A stretch of 63,192 nucleotides of DNA, the filler included, from Octopus bimaculoides (lineage: Eukaryota): NCBI RefSeq assembly GCF_001194135.2. It is 8 parts of 8 records of this genome, joined end to end, with 100 filler letters (N's around TTAATTAATTAA, not from the genome) between each part and the next. Parts side by side here need not be neighbours in the genome. Positions count along the whole stretch, not along the records: positions 1 to 10,255 come from NW_026363677.1; positions 10,356 to 17,118 come from NC_068988.1; 6 more parts are not named here. One strand, 5' to 3'. The notes beneath the pieces were generated by a model. That model was given only the letters and a program-made list of their open reading frames with translations, made no database searches and was not told the DNA's origin. Made by a program: the position numbers and the translations under genes. Positions 1 to 11,682 of this stretch are shown piece after piece. Numbering within the stretch: the first letter of the stretch is position 1; every line of letters starts with the position of its first letter.

Positions 1-405
1 ATATATATATATATATATATATATATATACTAGCAGTAATACCCATCATTGATCGGGTAATTACTTTTACTCTTTCTTGGGAGCCACATTCAAAGTGTTA
101 TTATATATATAGATTTACTCCTCCTGTATGTATGTATTTTATAAGAAAAACCATGTAATAATTGAAGTAGAAAAAAGATCAGTTTTATACACAAACTTCT
201 GTTTGTGTATTATATGACAATGATAAGTGAGTTGTTTGTGTTATTTTATACATCAATACAGTAATGGTAATTATATAATACATAAGGCTTTGATCAGCAC
301 AGAGCTGTAATGAAAGAGAATTGCCCAACATGCTGCACAGTGGGACTGAACCCAAGGCAACATGGTTGGAAAACAAGCTTCTCGACCTCACAGTCACGCC
401 TATAA

Positions 406-630
406 CCCTTTCGATACCAACCCGGCTGAAACCACCTTTGGCTTGTAGTACAAATGTCTTGTTTTCATAAGTTCTGAATTAAAATCTTCCACCAAACCTT
501 TGTCACAATTTATATTCCTAACACTAGCTTAATGATAACTAAGTTATTTTACTAAATTCTTTGTTATATTTAAAATTAATTGAAAGAAACACAGGCAGGG
601 CATCTCAAAATAAATACGGTAACGAAAGGG
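406..630. mobile_element. piggyBac-like MITE
   Basis: 13-bp TIRs CCCTTTCGATACC / GGTAACGAAAGGG (1 mismatch), flanked by ATAA on both sides (402-405, 631-634). Confidence 0.8.
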
Positions 631-767
631 ATAAAGTAGAGATGCATTTTGGATAATATATTCCTTAACACAATATGTTTAACAAAAAGATGGGATGCTT
701 ACAACAAGAAGACCTTTGAATTTAATATTTACTTGAGCAATGCAACAACTAACAATGCTACACCATA

Positions 768-1285
768 CAGGGTGTTCCAGAATTAACTATCTGTTTCAAT
801 GAAATTGAGAAAATTTTTTAAAAAAACTGACAGTATTTTATGTTTATTATCAAAACAAATAGTTTTATANNNNNNNNNNNNNNNNNNNNNNNNNNNNNNN
901 NNNNNNNNNNNNNNNNNNNNNNNNNNNNNNNNNNNNNNNNNNNNNNNNNNNNNNNNNNNNNNNNNNNNNNNNNNNNNNNNNNNNNNNNNNNNNNNNNNNN
1001 NNNNNNNNNNNNNNNNNNNNNNNNNNNNNNNNNNNNNNNNNNNNNNNNNNNNNNNNNNNNNNNNNNNNNNNNNNNNNNNNAAAGAAAATGGTTGCTGCCA
1101 AATTGAAAAAAAGCTGTCATGGACAAATAAGAGGGGTCCAACAGGAATGAAAATAAAATTATAAACAAAATTCAAAATTTATACACTTTTAATACATATT
1201 GAAAATGATAAACATAAATAAAAGTGAGTTTTTAAAAAAATGCATCCGATTTCACTCCAATCATCATTAATTCTGGGACACCCTG
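768..1285. mobile_element. Tc1/mariner-type MITE (contains an N gap)
   Basis: 19-bp TIRs CAGGGTGTTCCAGAATTAA / TTAATTCTGGGACACCCTG (1 mismatch) with TA on both sides. Confidence 0.85.
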
Positions 1286-2615
1286 TATTTACTTGCCTGA
1301 TTAAATGGGGTAGGGATCACGGGATGGAAACTAATTGCAGGTGGTGGGCATAGCTTCCGGAAGTAGTCACGCAGTCAAACTTAAATGGCTGTAAGTCACA
1401 ACAGCAGTTTGTCTTTCTGTATGAACATTTTGCATTATATAGTTCAGACATGGATGACATAGAAAACAGACATGCTATCGGGTCATGCTGCATTGTGCAG
1501 GATTGAAAACATGAAACATCAACAGGGCACTTCTGGAGAATGGATGAATGGGTTTGTTGTGCCTTTACACACACATGCACATGGCCCAGTGGTGCGCAGG
1601 ATGGTGACATGAAGCATCAACAGGGCGCCAATAAAAATTTTAATGTTCTTCTTGTTTACTCTGCCATGAAATATACCCTACTTGTAATACATAAATAGTG
1701 TCAGTAGTTTATCATCGGAAAATGACATAAAACAAAGATAAAACCCAATGCAGTATACTCAAATCTGATTAATCTGAATTTTTGCGGAGCCCATAGCTGG
1801 TGTCAAAAATTTTTTTATTCAACAGCGATTCGAGGAACCTGATTAATGTTTGTTGCAAATTTGGAGGAAAGCAACTGGATACTTTTCTAGTTATGGGCCT
1901 TAATGCTGCGAAAATGCTTTAAAATGCGGTTTATCTGCCCCTGGGCCCACATTAAGCAAAAAGTTGAAAATTGTTTTGGCCCATGACACTCCATGGACCC
2001 TATGTAATGCATGTGTAAATTTTCATTAAAATCGGCTGGGTGCAACTTGAGTTTTAATAACATGACAATCACACAGACAGACACACATCCTGTGTTTTAT
2101 ATATATAGGTAAATATATATATATACATTATATAATTATAATTAGGGGCATAGAAAGAAATTTTCTAGCCTATATGCTGAAAAGTAGATGCTAAATTGTC
2201 TCACCACTTAAGAAGTCACAAAATTACACAAGTTGAATTCAAAGCAGCAAGCTAACAGAAATTATTAATAATATAGATAGCCCTCGATAAGCTAATTTCT
2301 GGATTTTCCTAATGGCTTTTCCTTCTTCAGCAGGACACACATACAGGAAATAAATGAGATATTCATACATAACCACAGGAAAGCAAAACGCAAAGCCACA
2401 AATACATATAAATACACCCAGATACCTCCAACAGCTTGCGTATGTGTATTCGCAGCTTGCATATGTATATTCAGCCGCAGTAGCACATAGAAGTGAATAG
2501 AAATTTTTCATTTACAATAACAAATGCTGGCCTCTAAAATAATTTTTAAAAAAATTTTATCCTGTGTTATATATAAATATATATATATACACACACACAT
2601 ACATACATATATATA

Positions 2616-3369
2616 GGACATGTGTAGGCTTCAAAGAAATGAAGCCAGTATGCTTTGCTTGATGTGCAATGTCAGTGTGCATGTTCAGCAGACTAAGCAT
2701 TTTGAGAGAAAAGTTAGGTATAAGAGGAATCAGATGTGGTATGCACAAGAGATGACCGCTGGTATGGTCATGTGATGCATATGATGAGGACAGCTGTGTA
2801 AAGAACTGCCAATCTCTAACTGTGGAGGAAACCTGTGGTAGAGGTAGACCTAGGGAGACACGGGGTGGAGCATGAGCTTCACAGAGGCAATGACTGGTGA
2901 CCAAGACCTTTTGTGATGTGCTGTGCTTGAGAGGAACCATCAAGCCAAGTGCATCCGTGCTGGTGGCACGTAAAGAACATCTTTTGAATGTTGGGCCTCA
3001 TGGGGACAAAGTGGCTGAGTTTCTTTCGAATGTTGAGCCTCACGGAGGCAATGACCAAGACCTTTGGCATTATGTCGTGCTTGAAAAGAAGACTCAGTAA
3101 GCCAAGCAAAATCACAGTCATGGCAGATACCAGTGTCATGCAAACTGGCACATAAATGCAATATACTGTCACGCAAATGGCACCCATGCTGGAGGTATGT
3201 AAAAGCACCCATTGCACTCTCAGGGTATTTGACATTAGGAAGGACATCCAGCCATAGAAAACTATGCCAAATTAGACTGGAGTCTGGTGCAGCCTTCCAG
3301 CATGCCAACCCAATCAAACCATCCAACCCATGCCAGCATGGACAATGGACGTTAAATGATGATGATGAT
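2616..3369 (+). mobile_element. RTE-clade LINE 3' end (degenerate C-terminus, 3' UTR, (GAT)n tail)
   Basis: Frameshifted translation resembles MCRLQRNEASML.WMCNVSVH...LREKLGIRGIRCG...RWYGHVM...CGRGRP. The 3' UTR ends ccaacccatgccagcatgga...gacgttaaatgatgatgat, with an internal partial tandem duplication. Confidence 0.8.
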
Positions 3370-3999
3370 ATATAAACATGTGTGTGTATATATATATATA
3401 AATATCAATATATATATTCTTGGAAATGGATGTTGTGTTCAATTAAATAAAAAAATATATATATACATGCATATATGGGTACAGGACATCACCAACAGTG
3501 CAAATAACATGAAACAAACGAGTGAAATATATAAACAAGAAAAAAATTGGCAAACAGGACAAGTTAACACAGAGAAAGGACCCTTCATCAGTTGTTGGCT
3601 GTCTATTTACTCCTCATTTTCAGTATTCAACGACAATATAAGTCGTCAAAGACAGTTTCTCCCATAAATTTTGAAATAAAATTTAGGATTTATAGAGGGT
3701 CAAAGTTGTGAACAAAAAAATGACAGTGGAGACATACAAGAAAACCGAATGGAAACAAACATGGAGGGTCGTTAGACCGGAACAAGAGGAAAATAGTGAA
3801 CATTGGGGGAAAGATTTTTTTGAAAAGAGAAAAGATAGAAGAGAGAGAGAAAAACACGTCTGTTCGTTTAAATGTCCAAGCAGGAAAAGGAAGATGGTCA
3901 CGTGGTTGCTGGAAAATGTTTCTCCTCTTAAAAGGATTTTATCCTTTGTATATACTGTTCAGTATTCACGTGTTGAAAAAAAAATTATCTTTCTATTTG

Positions 4000-4037
<38 letters not shown>

Positions 4038-4329
4038 GTAAGACTCAGGGATTAAGGTCTAGGAAGAAAGTTAGCTTTAAATTCTGATAAAATCTTCCAT
4101 ACGTTAACATGTACCTCCTTGTGGCAATGTAAACTTTCATTTAATCAAGATATCCTCACCTTGAAGAGTAGCCTACAGTATACACCTCGCCTAGATATTT
4201 ACCACTTCTGAGGTTCTGCTCACTAAATATATGTAGACTGGATATTATCTACTCCATTCCATAACTCTTGTAAATATATATATATATATAAATTACTAGA
4301 AGTCTCTTGCTAGATCTCTACACATTTGG

Positions 4330-4770
4330 CAACTATTGGGTGACGGCTTTTCAAGCACAGAACTTTTGAGTAACTGTGCTGTCCGGGTTTTCCAGTGGTG
4401 ACAAAGCAAGTCTATCTAGACACAGCTGTGCTTTCCGCAACAGGGGAAGGGCAAGAAAAGAAGCCCCAAGCATCACTTACTCACCTTAAATTTGGCAGCC
4501 CACTGCAACTGATTATTCAGTAACTCAGTCGAAACATGAAGAAATCTAAGCATAATAACCTTGGTTCTTGAAATGTGTGCACTCTCCAAGACAGTCACTC
4601 AGCAGCAGAACAAACAACAGCACTGGTTGCCCTTGAACTAAAGAAATACAACAGTGACATAGCTGCTCTCGGTGAAACTTGTCTTGCAGGATCATCACAG
4701 TCAAAAGAAAGTAAAGGTGGATACATATTTTTCTGATGTAGAAGAAATGAAGACAAGCCATGCTATACCT
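4330..4770 (+). mobile_element. RTE/BovB-like LINE 5' end with AP-endonuclease N-terminus (pseudogene)
   Basis: From the ATG at ~4535: MKKSKHNNLGS*NVCTLQD...TALVALELKKYNSDIAALGETCLAGSSQ...GGYIFF*, matching the RTE APE motif GxWNVRTL...DIAALSETRL...GYTFFW. Confidence 0.8.
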
Positions 4771-4789
4771 CCATAATGCCTCTGCCTAG

Positions 4790-6092
4790 TGCATACAAAA
4801 GGTTAAAAATAGGTTAGCTAGATTCTTCAGAAGAATGGGCTTTGGCATCGTTTTTGAGGATGAGGTCTCTGTAGCAACCATTCTAGACGTTACTTTAGAC
4901 TTACATAGTAATACACACTTTCCCTTCCATAAACCATCAACTAATCTCAAGTACATAAGTCCCTTTAGTAACCATCCAAGACATATAACTAGTAATTTGG
5001 CTAGGAGTATCTCAATTAGGCTTTCCAAACTTTCCTCTAACTCCCAAATTTTCAATAAGGAGGCTGACTTTTATAATTCAGCCTTATTGAAGGCAGGTTA
5101 TAAAGACAAGGTAAGGTACATCGACTATTCTAGTGATCTTTCTCCTTTTACACAACATGATACCCCCTTTACTAGCGTGGTAGAACCCATTTCTATTACT
5201 TCCCATTCTTCTCACTTTACTGAGAAAGTGGAACATGCTAATCACTCACATAAGAGAGGAGACCCAACTGGCTCTAAACACTAACAAATTCAAAAATATT
5301 TATTTAATCACACTAATACGGCTCATCCTCCCGTTTGGGAAGCAAGTTAAATCTAATTTGGTCCAGCAGTTCCGAGATGCAGTGAGTAGGAACTTTCCTA
5401 AGGGTTTCCACTATTACCCAATAATTAACTCGCATAAGGTTAGATTTGGGTTTTCTAATACTAAAAATTTGTTACAAATTATTTCTTCCCATAATCTCAG
5501 GTTTTTAGATTCTTCTCTAGACAGCCATCCCAGTTATGATAATAATAATAATAGTAATGTTCATACCAATAATAATTACTCCAGTAACTTAACACACACA
5601 AATGATGGCAATAGTCATTTAGGTATTAATATAGGTAGTATGTACAATATTAGGAATCATAACAATATCTGTAACAATAATAAGATTAGCATCTCAGAAT
5701 TAAATCCTAATAGAATTAAGTTTTTAAGAGCGAATGCAAAGACCAAGAATGTGGTTTATCAATGCAAGGTAATGTCTCATGCTGATGTCTCGTTTTACAT
5801 AGGTAGCTCATCGACGCAGGTCTCCAAGAGAATATCAAACCATTATTCTTCATTTAGGGATAGGAATAAAGCTAACACCACCGGCCTAAGTAAATTTATT
5901 TGGGAACTGAAAGATTGCAAAAAACAATTCTCTATCTCAGTTCCCTACGACAAAGGTAAGGATTTTTGTCCTCTTTGTAACTTGGAGCTTTTCCATATTC
6001 TGTTCTCCAAGAATCGCCTAGTTAACCAGGTAACACAGAGGGCGTATCCTTGTCAGCACTACAAGAGACATACCTTCATTTATTATCATTGA
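4790..6092 (+). mobile_element. Penelope-like element, 5'-truncated: RT C-terminus plus GIY-YIG endonuclease (frameshifted)
   Basis: ORF 4835-5284 contains LDVTLDL...KP...YI...SNHP...SI..RLS.LSSN..IFN. ORF 5235-6092 contains VVYQC...YIGSSST...R..NH.SSF...TGLSKFIWELKD...CPLCNLE...CQH. Confidence 0.9.
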
Positions 6093-6659
6093 TTCCATCC
6101 TTCCAACTAGTTTAGGTTTTAAGTATTATCATTATTATTTTATATATATATATATATTTTACCAAATGTCCTCTGAATAATATTTACTTCTGCATCCACC
6201 GCCACTTGTCTTTATTTTCCCCTTCTATAGTTGATTAAGTAATTTCCTTCCCAGTAAAGTTATTTGAGTTGCCTTGTACCACTAGTTACTTTGTCTTAAT
6301 ATACCTGATCTTCTCCTTGTAAGCATGTATATTGTTGTTATTATTATTTCTCAACAAAATATCTTGTACCTTGTTCTTCCATTGATTTGCGTTAACATCC
6401 GTATATTAATATATTACAAGGTAATGATGTTTCATTTATCATGTTTACATTCTTCGCTTCAAATCAGTATGTTATTAATCTTAATATTTTTAATATAATC
6501 TTAAACAATATCTATTTCTGCCTTCATCACCACTTGTTCTTTATTTTCCCCTTCTATAGTTAGTTCAGTAAATTCTTCCTAGTAATGCCACACTGGTCGT
6601 TGTTCGTACCATTGGTAACTTCAACTAAATATTTCAGATCTTCTCCTTGTAAGCGTGTA

Positions 6660-6693
<34 letters not shown>

Positions 6694-6776
6694 TCTCAAC
6701 TAAATATCCTGTACCTTGTTTTACCATTTACTTGCGTTAATATCCGTATAATAATATAATGTATTACTAGGCTATA

Positions 6777-6990
6777 CTCTTTTACTCTTTTACTTGTTTC
6801 AGTCATTTGACTGCAGCCATGCTGGAGCACCACCTTAGTTGAATCAAATCGACCCCAGGACTTATTCTTTGTAAGCCTAGTACTTATTCTATCAGTCTCT
6901 TTTACTGAACCGCTAAGTTACGGGGACTTAAACACATCCCCATCAGTTGTAAAGCGATGTTGGGGGGAAAAACACAGATACACAAACATA
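6777..6990 (-). mobile_element. tRNA-derived SINE family A, 3' half
   Basis: Matches the 3' part of the full copies at 46672-47040 and 49562-49970 (agtactaggcttacaaagaataagtcctggggtcgatttg...gactgaaacaagtaaaaga). Confidence 0.85.
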
Positions 6991-6991
6991 T

Positions 6992-7034
<43 letters not shown>

Positions 7035-7730
7035 NNNNNNNNNNNNNNNNNNNNNNNNNNNNNNNNNNNNNNNNNNNNNNNNNNNNNNNNNNNNNNNNNN
7101 NNNNNNNNNNNNNNNNNNNNNNNNNNNNNNNNNNNNNNNNNNNNNNNNNNNNNNNNNNNNNNNNNNNNNNNNNNNNNNNNNNNNNNNNNNNNNNNNNNNN
7201 NNNNNNNNNNNNNNNNNNNNNNNNNNNNNNNNNNNNNNNNNNNNNNNNNNNNNNNNNNNNNNNNNNNNNNNNNNNNNNNNNNNNNNNNNNNNNNNNNNNN
7301 NNNNNNNNNNNNNNNNNNNNNNNNNNNNNNNNNNNNNNNNNNNNNNNNNNNNNNNNNNNNNNNNNNNNNNNNNNNNNNNNNNNNNNNNNNNNNNNNNNNN
7401 NNNNNNNNNNNNNNNNNNNNNNNNNNNNNNNNNNNNNNNNNNNNNNNNNNNNNNNNNNNNNNNNNNNNNNNNNNNNNNNNNNNNNNNNNNNNNNNNNNNN
7501 NNNNNNNNNNNNNNNNNNNNNNNNNNNNNNNNNNNNNNNNNNNNNNNNNNNNNNNNNNNNNNNNNNNNNNNNNNNNNNNNNNNNNNNNNNNNNNNNNNNN
7601 NNNNNNNNNNNNNNNNNNNNNNNNNNNNNNNNNNNNNNNNNNNNNNNNNNNNNNNNNNNNNNNNNNNNNNNNNNNNNNNNNNNNNNNNNNNNNNNNNNNN
7701 NNNNNNNNNNNNNNNNNNNNNNNNNNNNNN

Positions 7731-7763
<33 letters not shown>

Positions 7764-8562
7764 TATATAAATATTGATAGAGATATAATTTTACTAATTC
7801 TAGTTATATATGTTCTTCACCTACCAACATAATCACTAGTTGACAGTCACTTCACATGTGGTATGAACAATCGCCCAACTTTGTATTTATTTTTATTTAA
7901 CTTTAGACAATAACAATAATAGTAATAATGATAATAATAAATTTATTTTTACATTTATAATAATAACAATAACAACAACTAGAATAATAACATTATAATA
8001 TTATCTTAAATAACAATTGTATCTAACTCCAATGCCAGTTGTTTACACTCTTTCTCCTTCTCTGGTTGGTTCAGCAAGTTTATCCCCTTTAAGTTATATT
8101 CGTAGAGTTTTAAGTATACTTGTATACTATCGATTTTGTTATCGTAAGCATGTTTATTCTTATTATTTCATCACTTTATATTTTTGTACCTTGTATTGCT
8201 ATTTATTTAGATTAATTACCGTAACTTAATATGATACAATATTATGGTTAATTAATTATATTTACATTGCATCTTTAATTTTTCCTTCGTTATATACGTT
8301 CATTTTCACAATGAGTAGTATATAAAGAATTCATTGGATTCTCTCCCTTTCTCCTTTATTATCATTATTAACTTTTAGATTTTTCTGCAGTTCATTTTGT
8401 CTTCTTTTAATTTAAACTCTAGGTATAGCGTTCATAGCCTCTCTCCCTAAACAGCTCCCTGTAAACTAGCGTTCTTGTTTCTAACGGTCATTTAACTTAG
8501 CTATATAGTGTTATTACTCGTACGTAACCTTAGCATTTAACGCAAGTCTTGCATTTGAAATA

Positions 8563-8656
8563 TGGTTCCCTGATGATGAATTTATGTGCATATTCCAACA
8601 CCTCTCACTTCTTTGGAGTAGAGTGCACATAATTTTTGAAACATATGTAGGAATTA
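8563..8656 (+). ncRNA. Type-I hammerhead ribozyme, intact core, extended stem II
   Basis: Stem I tggttcc/ggaatta; CTGATGA (8570-8576) plus an extra U; long stem II (ttatgtgca/tgcacataa and tattcca/tggagta); GAAA 8638-8641; palindromic stem III ACATATGT; GUA site at 8647-8649. Confidence 0.7.
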
Positions 8657-9169
8657 AAGGAACTTATTAATTATATGCGTTTTGCTCCATTTATTATTAT
8701 TCTTTATATTTACTCAAAATGCATCACTTTAACATGGAATATCTNNNNNNNNNNNNNNNNNNNNNNNNNNNNNNNNNNNNNNNNNNNNNNNNNNNNNNNN
8801 NNNNNNNNNNNNNNNNNNNNNNNNNNNNNNNNNNNNNNNNNNNNNNNNNNNNNNNNNNNNNNNNNNNNNNNNNNNNNNNNNNNNNNNNNNNNNNNNNNNN
8901 NNNNNNNNNNNNNNNNNNNNNNNNNNNNNNNNNNNNNNNNNNNNNNNNNNNNNNNNNNNNNNNNNNNNNNNNNNNNNNNNNNNNNNNNNNNNNNNNNNNN
9001 NNNNNNNNNNNNNNNNNNNNNNNNNNNNNNNNNNNNNNNNNNNNNNNNNNNNNNNNNNNNNNNNNNNATATATATATATATATAACATGAAGTATATTTA
9101 CCACATATCTTTATTCTATTCTTTTTCTTTATGCCATATCTTCACGTGACTTCTTTCTAATAAACGCTT

Positions 9170-9960
9170 AGTTATTAGTATAACATTTAAAATTTTAGCT
9201 TAAACTATAGCTTCATTGAGATAAGTATTGCTTTTATTTTCAATAATATTTTTCAATGATTTTCTCTCATTTCTTGGTAAAATAAGTATTTTTATATAAA
9301 TTCACTTGATATTTAATGCTAGCTGATATCCTATTTAACACTAAGTTAATAGTATAAAGTTTAACATTTTAGTTTAAACTAAAACTTCGATTAGATTAGT
9401 GTTGCATTTACTTTCAATAATATTGTTAAATTTTTCTTTTTGATTTATGGGTAAAATAAGTATTTTTATATAACTTCATTTATTATTAGTCAATATTCTA
9501 ATTAAGGTTAAGTTAATAGTATAATATTTAGAATTTTATTTAAACTTAAGTTTCGATTAGATAAGTTTTGCATTTCTTTTCAATAATTTTGTTAAATGTT
9601 TTTCTTTTATTTATTGGTGATATAATTATTTTTATATAAATTAATTTATATAAATTAACTTATATAAATTAATTTTTGTTAGTTTATATTATAATAAATG
9701 TAAAGTTAATAATGTAACATTTATAATTTTAGTTTAACCTAAAAGTTCATTTGAATTGTATTTTAAACAAAAGATTCATTAAGTTAAGTGTTGCATTTAA
9801 TATTTCTGTTAGTTTATATTCTAATAAATGTAAAGTTAATAATGTCACATTTATAATTTTCGACTGCCTAAGTATTACATTTATTTTTAATAATATTGTT
9901 TAACATTTTTCTATCTTGATATAATAAGTATTTTTATAAAAATACATTCGTTATTTATTG
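9170..9960. repeat. Degenerate, very AT-rich ~170-bp tandem repeat (about 4-5 copies)
   Basis: The marker ggtaaaataagtatttttatataa recurs at 9276, 9450 and ~9616, with a further copy near 9920. Confidence 0.7.
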
Positions 9961-10299
9961 TTGGTTGATGTATATACATTCATTTTATTATTATTATTGT
10001 TGCATTTTGACTTGAAGATTAGCCATATTTTTTAATAGAATTGATTTTCGATCGATTTTATCGACTTGATTATATTTTATTTTCTATTTGAAACTTTGGT
10101 TATGAAACATATATAGTCATTTTCTTATTTTATAATTAATACTTTGTATTTCATTATAGTTCTTTTTAATGTATTTAATTATTACATTTTTCTATATGTG
10201 ACTGAGAATTTTCATGGATGAGTTCATGAACTTTGGTTCTTTTCTCTAAATTATANNNNNNNNNNNNNNNNNNNNNNNNNNNNNNNNNNNNNNNNNNNN

Positions 10300-10311
10300 T
10301 TAATTAATTAA
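10300..10311. other. Artificial assembly linker TTAATTAATTAA padded by ~44 N each side (also at 17163, 25474, 31768, 36802, 45284, 61072)
   Basis: The identical 12-mer, with stops in all six frames, sits centred in ~100-bp N blocks seven times. Confidence 0.9.
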
Positions 10312-10364
10312 NNNNNNNNNNNNNNNNNNNNNNNNNNNNNNNNNNNNNNNNNNNNATATATATT

Positions 10365-10582
10365 TATAAAAGCACCCACTTTCGTGCAGGTGACACGTAA
10401 AAGCACCCACTACACTCTCTGAGTGGTTGGCGTTAGGAAGGGCATCCAGCTGTAGAAACTCTGCCAAATCAGACTGGAGCCTGGTGTTGCCATCCGGTTT
10501 CACCAGTCCTCAGTCAAATCGTCCAACCCATGCTAGCATGGAAAGCGGACGTTAAACGATGATGATGATGATGATGATGATA
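10365..10582 (+). mobile_element. RTE-type 3' UTR or RTE-tailed SINE fragment with (GAT)n tail
   Basis: gagtggttggcgttaggaagggcatccagctgtagaaac...ccaacccatgctagcatggaaagcggacgttaaacgatgatgat; homologous to 3190-3369. Confidence 0.75.
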
Positions 10583-11403
10583 AAACTATACCAGAGTACC
10601 ATTGCAACATCTGTCTAAGCCTAGAACACATATGAATGTCACTATACAAATGAAACATCTATTTAGGTCTGAGTCAGACTGTATCAGGGCATCAGGTACT
10701 CTACCAATCCTGCTCTAGTCTGAAAATATGTATATCAGAATACCTATGCATCATTGCAATACCACTTTAGGTATGAGATACACTGTATTAAAGTATTATT
10801 ACAAAATATGTATTGTCCTGACATAGAGACTACCATAGCTTAATAATGACTATATCGTTCATCAACATCATAGTCATCATCATCATTATCGTCATCATCA
10901 TCATGGTCGTCGTCATCATCATTATCATCGTCATCATCATTGTCATCACCGTCATCATCATCATCATCATCATCATCGTCATCATCATCATTTTGACATC
11001 CACTTTTCTTTGTTTGCATGGGTCAGATGGGGTTCATTGAGGTAGATTGTCTACTACTGGATGCTCTTTATGTTACCAACCCTTACTTATTTCTAAGCAA
11101 GATTATATTTCCCCATTGTGGGTTATGGATGACGGGGACAGGCCCTGGTGCCTTCTCCTTCCCAAATCAGCCCCTTCTATTCTTTGTCCACAATGTCCCT
11201 GTATGTCTCATGCAACCCTTGGATTGCGGAGCCATCTGAAGTTCAAAAACCCAGGAAAATGAACTGGATTGCAAAAATGAACAGAAACATGAGACACACC
11301 CAACTACTCCCTCTCTCTCTCTCTCTTTCTGTCTCTCTCTCTCTCTCTCTNNNNNNNNNNNNNNNNNNNNNNNNNNNNNNNNNNNNNNNNNNNNNNNNNN
11401 NNN

Positions 11404-11456
<53 letters not shown>

Positions 11457-11469
11457 TATGTATGTATAT

Positions 11470-11682
11470 GCTTGTGCATCTGTGTTTATCCCTCTGCCAT
11501 CACTTGACAACCAATGTTGGTGTGTTTACGTCCCCCGTAACTTAGTGGTTCAGCAAAAGAGACCAATAAAATAAGTACTAGGCTTACAAAGAATAAGTCC
11601 TGGGGTTGATTCATTTAAGTAAAGGTGGTGCTCCAGCATGGCCACAGTCAAATGACTGAAACAAGTAAAAGAATAAAAGAAT
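11470..11682 (+). mobile_element. SINE family A, 3' half
   Basis: Same 3' module as the full copies. Confidence 0.85.

Larger units (their letters stand above)
30..2109 (-). mobile_element. Non-autonomous Helitron-like element (Lep1-type ends) containing nested SINE and MITE insertions
   Basis: Minus strand starts A|CCTATATATATAAAACACAGGATGTGTGTCTGTCTGTG...CCGATTTTAATGAAAATT (Lep1-like 5' pattern, with TC mutated to CC). It ends with a hairpin (taccc-atc...gat-c-gggta, 40-59) followed by CTAG|T at 33-29. Flanks fit A|T insertion. The two ends could belong to separate elements. Confidence 0.55.

Noticed and set aside
2285-2336. Minus-strand CTGAAGA-a-gga...tcc-a-GAAA hammerhead-like relic
   Set aside because: No convincing stem III, cleavage triplet or stem I complement; too decayed to call.
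4508-4540. ctgattattcagtaactcagtcgaaacatg resembling a hammerhead
   Set aside because: The core is CTGATTA, stem II does not pair and there is no stem I; it coincides with the start of the RTE ORF.
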